The notes below the pieces were generated by a model. That model ran no database searches. It worked only from the letters and a program-made list of their open reading frames with translations, and was not told where the DNA came from. A stretch of 37,005 nt of DNA from Planctomycetota bacterium (lineage in GTDB: Bacteria > Planctomycetota > Phycisphaerae > Sedimentisphaerales > Anaerohalosphaeraceae). The translations under genes were made by a program, and so were the position numbers. This document shows, piece after piece, positions 34,325 through 37,005 of the stretch; position 1 is the stretch's first letter, and each line of letters begins with the position of its first letter. Where the stretch lies: the NCBI GenBank assembly GCA_030637065.1, contig DAOVVQ010000001.1, positions 1-37,005 of the forward strand, read 5' to 3'.

Positions 34325-35581
34325 ATGCTGAAAATACTAACAGGACGTCTGATATTTGTGAGGCTTTTGATGCTGATGGCGATGGCTGGACTCATCGTCA
34401 TCGGCATAGCCACGATATATGCCGCAGGTAACCCCGCAGACCCCGATTCTGCGGCCAGTTTGTCCGTTCCCTCCGGAGCCTGGAAGAAGCAGATCATCTA
34501 CGCCACAGCCGGTCTGGCGGCCTTTGTGCTGATAAATCTCATCAATTACGGGTGGCTCGGGGCCGCAAGCTACTGGATATACGCTGTCGTATTGGCTGTC
34601 CTGTCTGTCCTGCTGCTCGACAAGATCGTCGATATCCCCTTTGTGCCCGTCATAAACTTCTCCCGGCGATGGATCAAGATCGTGCCCGGCTACGATGTAA
34701 AAATCCAGCCGTCCGAATTCTGCAAGATAGCATACATCCTCGCCCTGGCCTGGTATCTCCGCTACCGGAGCAATTATCGCAAATTCTTAGGCCTTATCGG
34801 GCCTTTCGCACTGACGCTGCTGGCGATCGTCCTGATCCTCCTCGAGCCGGACCTCGGCACGGTAATGTTGATGATGCCGATACTCTTTGCCATGCTCTTC
34901 GTCGCGGGGGCAAGGGTAAGGCACCTGCTGGTTATAATAGGCCTGGCAGTGGTCGTAAGCCCGCTGTTGTGGCACTTTATGCACAGTTATCAGCGTATGC
35001 GCATATCCAGCGTGCTGCTCCAGAACGAGAAGATCATGGAAAAGGCCCGCGACAACCCCCGGTTAGCTGAGATCCTCGCCGGAGGAACCGCAAATCTCGC
35101 TAAATGGAAGCGAAACCAGGGCTATCACCTGATGCACTCGAAGTACGCGATCGCCTCGGGCGGGGTTTCCGGCTACGGCTTTGCGAAGGGACCTTATATC
35201 AGGTATAACTACCTCCCAGAAAGGCACAATGACTTCATCTTTGCGATAATCTGTCATCAGTGGGGTTTGGTGGGCTGCGCTGTGGTCTTAGGGCTCTATG
35301 CGCTGATCGCCGGATGCGGCGTTGAGATCGCCCAGGCCAATACCGATCCGTTTGCCCGGCTCATATCGGTCGGGATCATCGCAATGTTCGCCGTCGAGGT
35401 CATCGTTAATATTAGCATGACCCTGGGCCTGATGCCGATCACCGGCCTTACCCTGCCCCTGGTCAGCTACGGAGGCTCATCCCTCGTCGTCAGCATGATC
35501 GCCGTCGGCCTGCTGAACAACATCGGCAGGTGCAGACCCTTCAGCGTGGCAGGAAAGGGATTCGAGCACATCACAGATTAA
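34325..35581 (+). CDS. SEDS-family peptidoglycan glycosyltransferase (RodA/FtsW)
   Basis: 418 aa. PSEFCKIAYILALAWYL, EPDLGTVMLMM, LPERHNDFIFAIICHQWGLVG, GLMPITGLTLPLVSYGGSSLV. I cannot separate RodA from FtsW by eye. Confidence 0.9.
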   Translation: MLKILTGRLIFVRLLMLMAMAGLIVIGIATIYAAGNPADPDSAASLSVPSGAWKKQIIYATAGLAAFVLINLINYGWLGAASYWIYAVVLAVLSVLLLDKIVDIPFVPVINFSRRWIKIVPGYDVKIQPSEFCKIAYILALAWYLRYRSNYRKFLGLIGPFALTLLAIVLILLEPDLGTVMLMMPILFAMLFVAGARVRHLLVIIGLAVVVSPLLWHFMHSYQRMRISSVLLQNEKIMEKARDNPRLAEILAGGTANLAKWKRNQGYHLMHSKYAIASGGVSGYGFAKGPYIRYNYLPERHNDFIFAIICHQWGLVGCAVVLGLYALIAGCGVEIAQANTDPFARLISVGIIAMFAVEVIVNISMTLGLMPITGLTLPLVSYGGSSLVVSMIAVGLLNNIGRCRPFSVAGKGFEHITD

Positions 35582-35612
35582 ATTGGGTGGCAGCAATTAA
35601 AGACTTGCATCC

Positions 35613-35695
35613 TGTCATTCCCGCGAAGGCGGGAATCCAGCATAAAATAGCATCCGCCAAAGCGGATTCCTGTCTTCTTCTATTTTAGCTAAAAC
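35613..35695 (+). repeat. REP-like double-hairpin dispersed repeat, copy 2
   Basis: TGTCATTCCCGCGAAGGCGGGAATCCAGCATAAAAtAGCATCCGCCAaAGCGGAtTCCTG.. It is the same element as 24253-24335 and lies between convergent genes. Confidence 0.8.
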
Positions 35696-35727
35696 GCCCA
35701 AAACATGCTTGTGCACGCACAAGCATG
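35691..35727 (-). terminator. Intrinsic terminator of the TlpA-like gene
   Basis: CATGCTTGTG (35704-35713) pairs with CACAAGCATG (35718-35727), a 10-bp stem with a 4-nt loop. On the minus strand it is followed by TTTTGGGCGTTTT. Confidence 0.6.
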
Positions 35728-35759
35728 GCACCGATCGCATTATTTTAATGGGACTGGTA

Positions 35760-36581
35760 TTAGAACCCCGAGCGGAATTGCCTTTTTAATGCGGAATACG
35801 CCGTTTTTGCCGGCTCGACCAGCTCGATGCCGCTGTATTTTGACACGATGTCGGCATAGATCCCCTGTGCCCGCGTAGGGCTGTCCGTTGCGAAGCGGGC
35901 CGCCTGGTCGATCCTGACTGCGATATTGCGATCGATCGTCTCGATTATCCGTTTGGCATGTGCCGACAGCTCCGTTTGCTTGCGGCTGGCTGCGTGAGAG
36001 CGGATCTTGTTATACGCCTGCGAAAAATCCTTGCCTCCCCAAAGCGGCTCGCGAAGATGGCCAAAAGGCCCCAACGGTACACCGGAAATCGCCCCCGCCG
36101 GTCCCGCTGCCAGTGCCTTGTCGATAGCCTTCTCAAAACCCTCATCCCACGGATACCCCTGCCAGACGACCTTGCCGTCGTGGTTGACGATAACCGCCGT
36201 CGGATACCCCCGTATCCCGAACCAGTCCGCTGTCCCGTTATCGACGGCGACGTTGTAGCTGATCTTCTTTTCCCGGACGAACTTCTCTAACTTTTTTGCC
36301 GATTTGTCTTGCGAAAGGGCGATCAGGGCAAGACCCTTATCCTTATATTTGTTATTGAGTTCGATAAGATGCGGAATGCTCTCGACGCAGGGGCGGCACC
36401 ACGTCGCCCAGAATTCTATAACGCAGACCCTGCCATCGAGATTCTCGATGTCCGGCGGATTGTCGGTGATCCACTGGCGAATGGTTAGCTCAGGAGCATC
36501 TTTGCCAACAAGGACCTCACCGTGACAGAGACCAAACAGACAACTCGTTAACACGACACTGACGATTACAGATGTTCTCAT
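35760..36581 (-). CDS. Secreted TlpA/ResA-like thioredoxin-fold thiol:disulfide oxidoreductase with ~110-aa helical C-terminal extension
   Basis: 273 aa. Signal peptide MRTSVIVSVVLTSCLFGLCHG. Redox motif EFWATWCRPCVESIPHL (CxxC). GYPTAVIVNHDGKVV (cis-Pro loop region). Confidence 0.85.
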   Translation of the reverse strand: MRTSVIVSVVLTSCLFGLCHGEVLVGKDAPELTIRQWITDNPPDIENLDGRVCVIEFWATWCRPCVESIPHLIELNNKYKDKGLALIALSQDKSAKKLEKFVREKKISYNVAVDNGTADWFGIRGYPTAVIVNHDGKVVWQGYPWDEGFEKAIDKALAAGPAGAISGVPLGPFGHLREPLWGGKDFSQAYNKIRSHAASRKQTELSAHAKRIIETIDRNIAVRIDQAARFATDSPTRAQGIYADIVSKYSGIELVEPAKTAYSALKRQFRSGF

Positions 36582-36707
36582 AGTATTCGACCCCGATTAA
36601 TTAGAAGGCGGCTTCTGCATTGAGCTGCGACCCGAATCCTTTTTCGGCTTTTTAGACCGCAGCCAATAACAAAAAGACAGCAAAGATAAAACGGTACCAC
36701 TCGCTCC

Positions 36708-36820
36708 GGAAAAAACCCTCGCTCTTTGGAAAAAAACCCTGCACCCCGGAAGAAAACCCCACTCTGGAAAAAACCCTGCACTCCGAAAAAACCCTCACTC
36801 TGGAAAGAAGCCTGCCCGAC
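36708..36820 (-). repeat. Six degenerate tandem repeats (17-20 nt) in the leader/upstream region of the TlpA-like gene
   Basis: Plus-strand units: GGAAAAAACCCTCGCTCTTT / GGAAAAAAACCCTGCACCCC / GGAAGAAAACCCCACTCT / GGAAAAAACCCTGCACTCC / GAAAAAACCCTCACTCT / GGAAAGAAGCCTGCCCGAC. Confidence 0.85.
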
Positions 36821-36839
36821 CCTCCTCAAGGCAGACTAT

Positions 36840-36868
36840 ATTATAGCTGTTCGCACATTCTATTTCAA
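36840..36868 (-). promoter_or_regulatory. Near-consensus sigma70-like promoter reading toward the tandem repeats and the TlpA-like gene
   Basis: On the minus strand: TTGAAA (36868-36863), a 17-nt spacer, then TATAAT (36845-36840). Confidence 0.5.
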
Positions 36869-36898
36869 GTGTTCGCGAAAAAAACAGTGGGTTTCTAT

Positions 36899-36940
36899 AA
36901 AAAAAAGCTGCCAGCAAAGAGTCTTTGTCGGCAGCCTTTT
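36899..36940. terminator. Bidirectional-looking intrinsic terminator (A8 - hairpin - T4), probably ending a minus-strand gene that lies mostly beyond the right edge
   Basis: AAAAAAAA, then GCTGCCAGCAAAG-AGT-CTTTGTCGGCAGC, then CTTTT. On the minus strand the hairpin is followed by T8. Confidence 0.5.
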
Positions 36941-37005
36941 ACTAAAACATTATCGTTTCATGCCAATCCGGTCGCAAAACCTTACCTCAAACCGGCACAC
37001 GCTCA

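Noticed and set aside
36951-37005. Possible 3' end of a minus-strand gene entering from the right edge (..SVCRFEVRFCDRIGMKR*).
   Set aside because: Only ~17 codons are visible, which is not enough to call a CDS. The only support is the downstream terminator at 36899-36940.

Overview
The 37,005-nt window holds about 29 protein-coding genes. I could not recognise any rRNA, tRNA or CRISPR array. The content (Tat-signal sulfatases, a PEP-CTERM protein, dockerin-like modules, GGAI-type beta-helix repeats, many prepilin-type proteins) suggests a PVC-superphylum genome (Planctomycetota/Phycisphaerae-, Kiritimatiellota- or Lentisphaerota-like). That taxonomy is inference only. Gene order: (1) 1-2809(-) is a secreted deiminase-like multidomain protein that runs off the left edge; it is missing from the ORF track because it has no stop in the window. 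(2) 3562-6945(+) is a 1127-aa beta-helix protein with a dockerin-like C-terminus. (3) 7463-22159(+) is one co-directional ~14.7-kb type II secretion / type IV pilus-like locus. It encodes a degenerate histidine-kinase-like protein, a GspE/PilB ATPase, a GspF/PilC platform, two tandem major (pseudo)pilins, three minor pilins (one a 643-aa PilX/GspK-like giant), PilM/N/O-like proteins, a Soj/ParA-type ATPase, a PilP/GspC-like bitopic protein and a secretin. (4) Two sulfatases lie on the minus strand. (5) A housekeeping block follows: PPC/DUF296, an FtsB/DivIC-like protein, enolase, and psd-pssA. (6) Next come a second pair of GspG-like pilins, a lipoprotein, a PEP-CTERM protein and a secreted protein with a dockerin-like internal duplication. 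(7) The window ends with a SEDS protein (RodA/FtsW) and a TlpA-like thioredoxin. The most interesting candidates are: the ParA-type ATPase wired into the pilMNO-secretin module together with a protein bearing a basic cytoplasmic N-tail; the His-less pseudo-kinase at the head of the locus; the deiminase-like protein with Ser at the catalytic Cys position; two tandem-repeat arrays (3x22 nt at 6944-7009; 6x~19 nt at 36708-36820); and a two-copy double-hairpin REP-like element. All family assignments come from motif reading by eye. No database or HMM search was possible.
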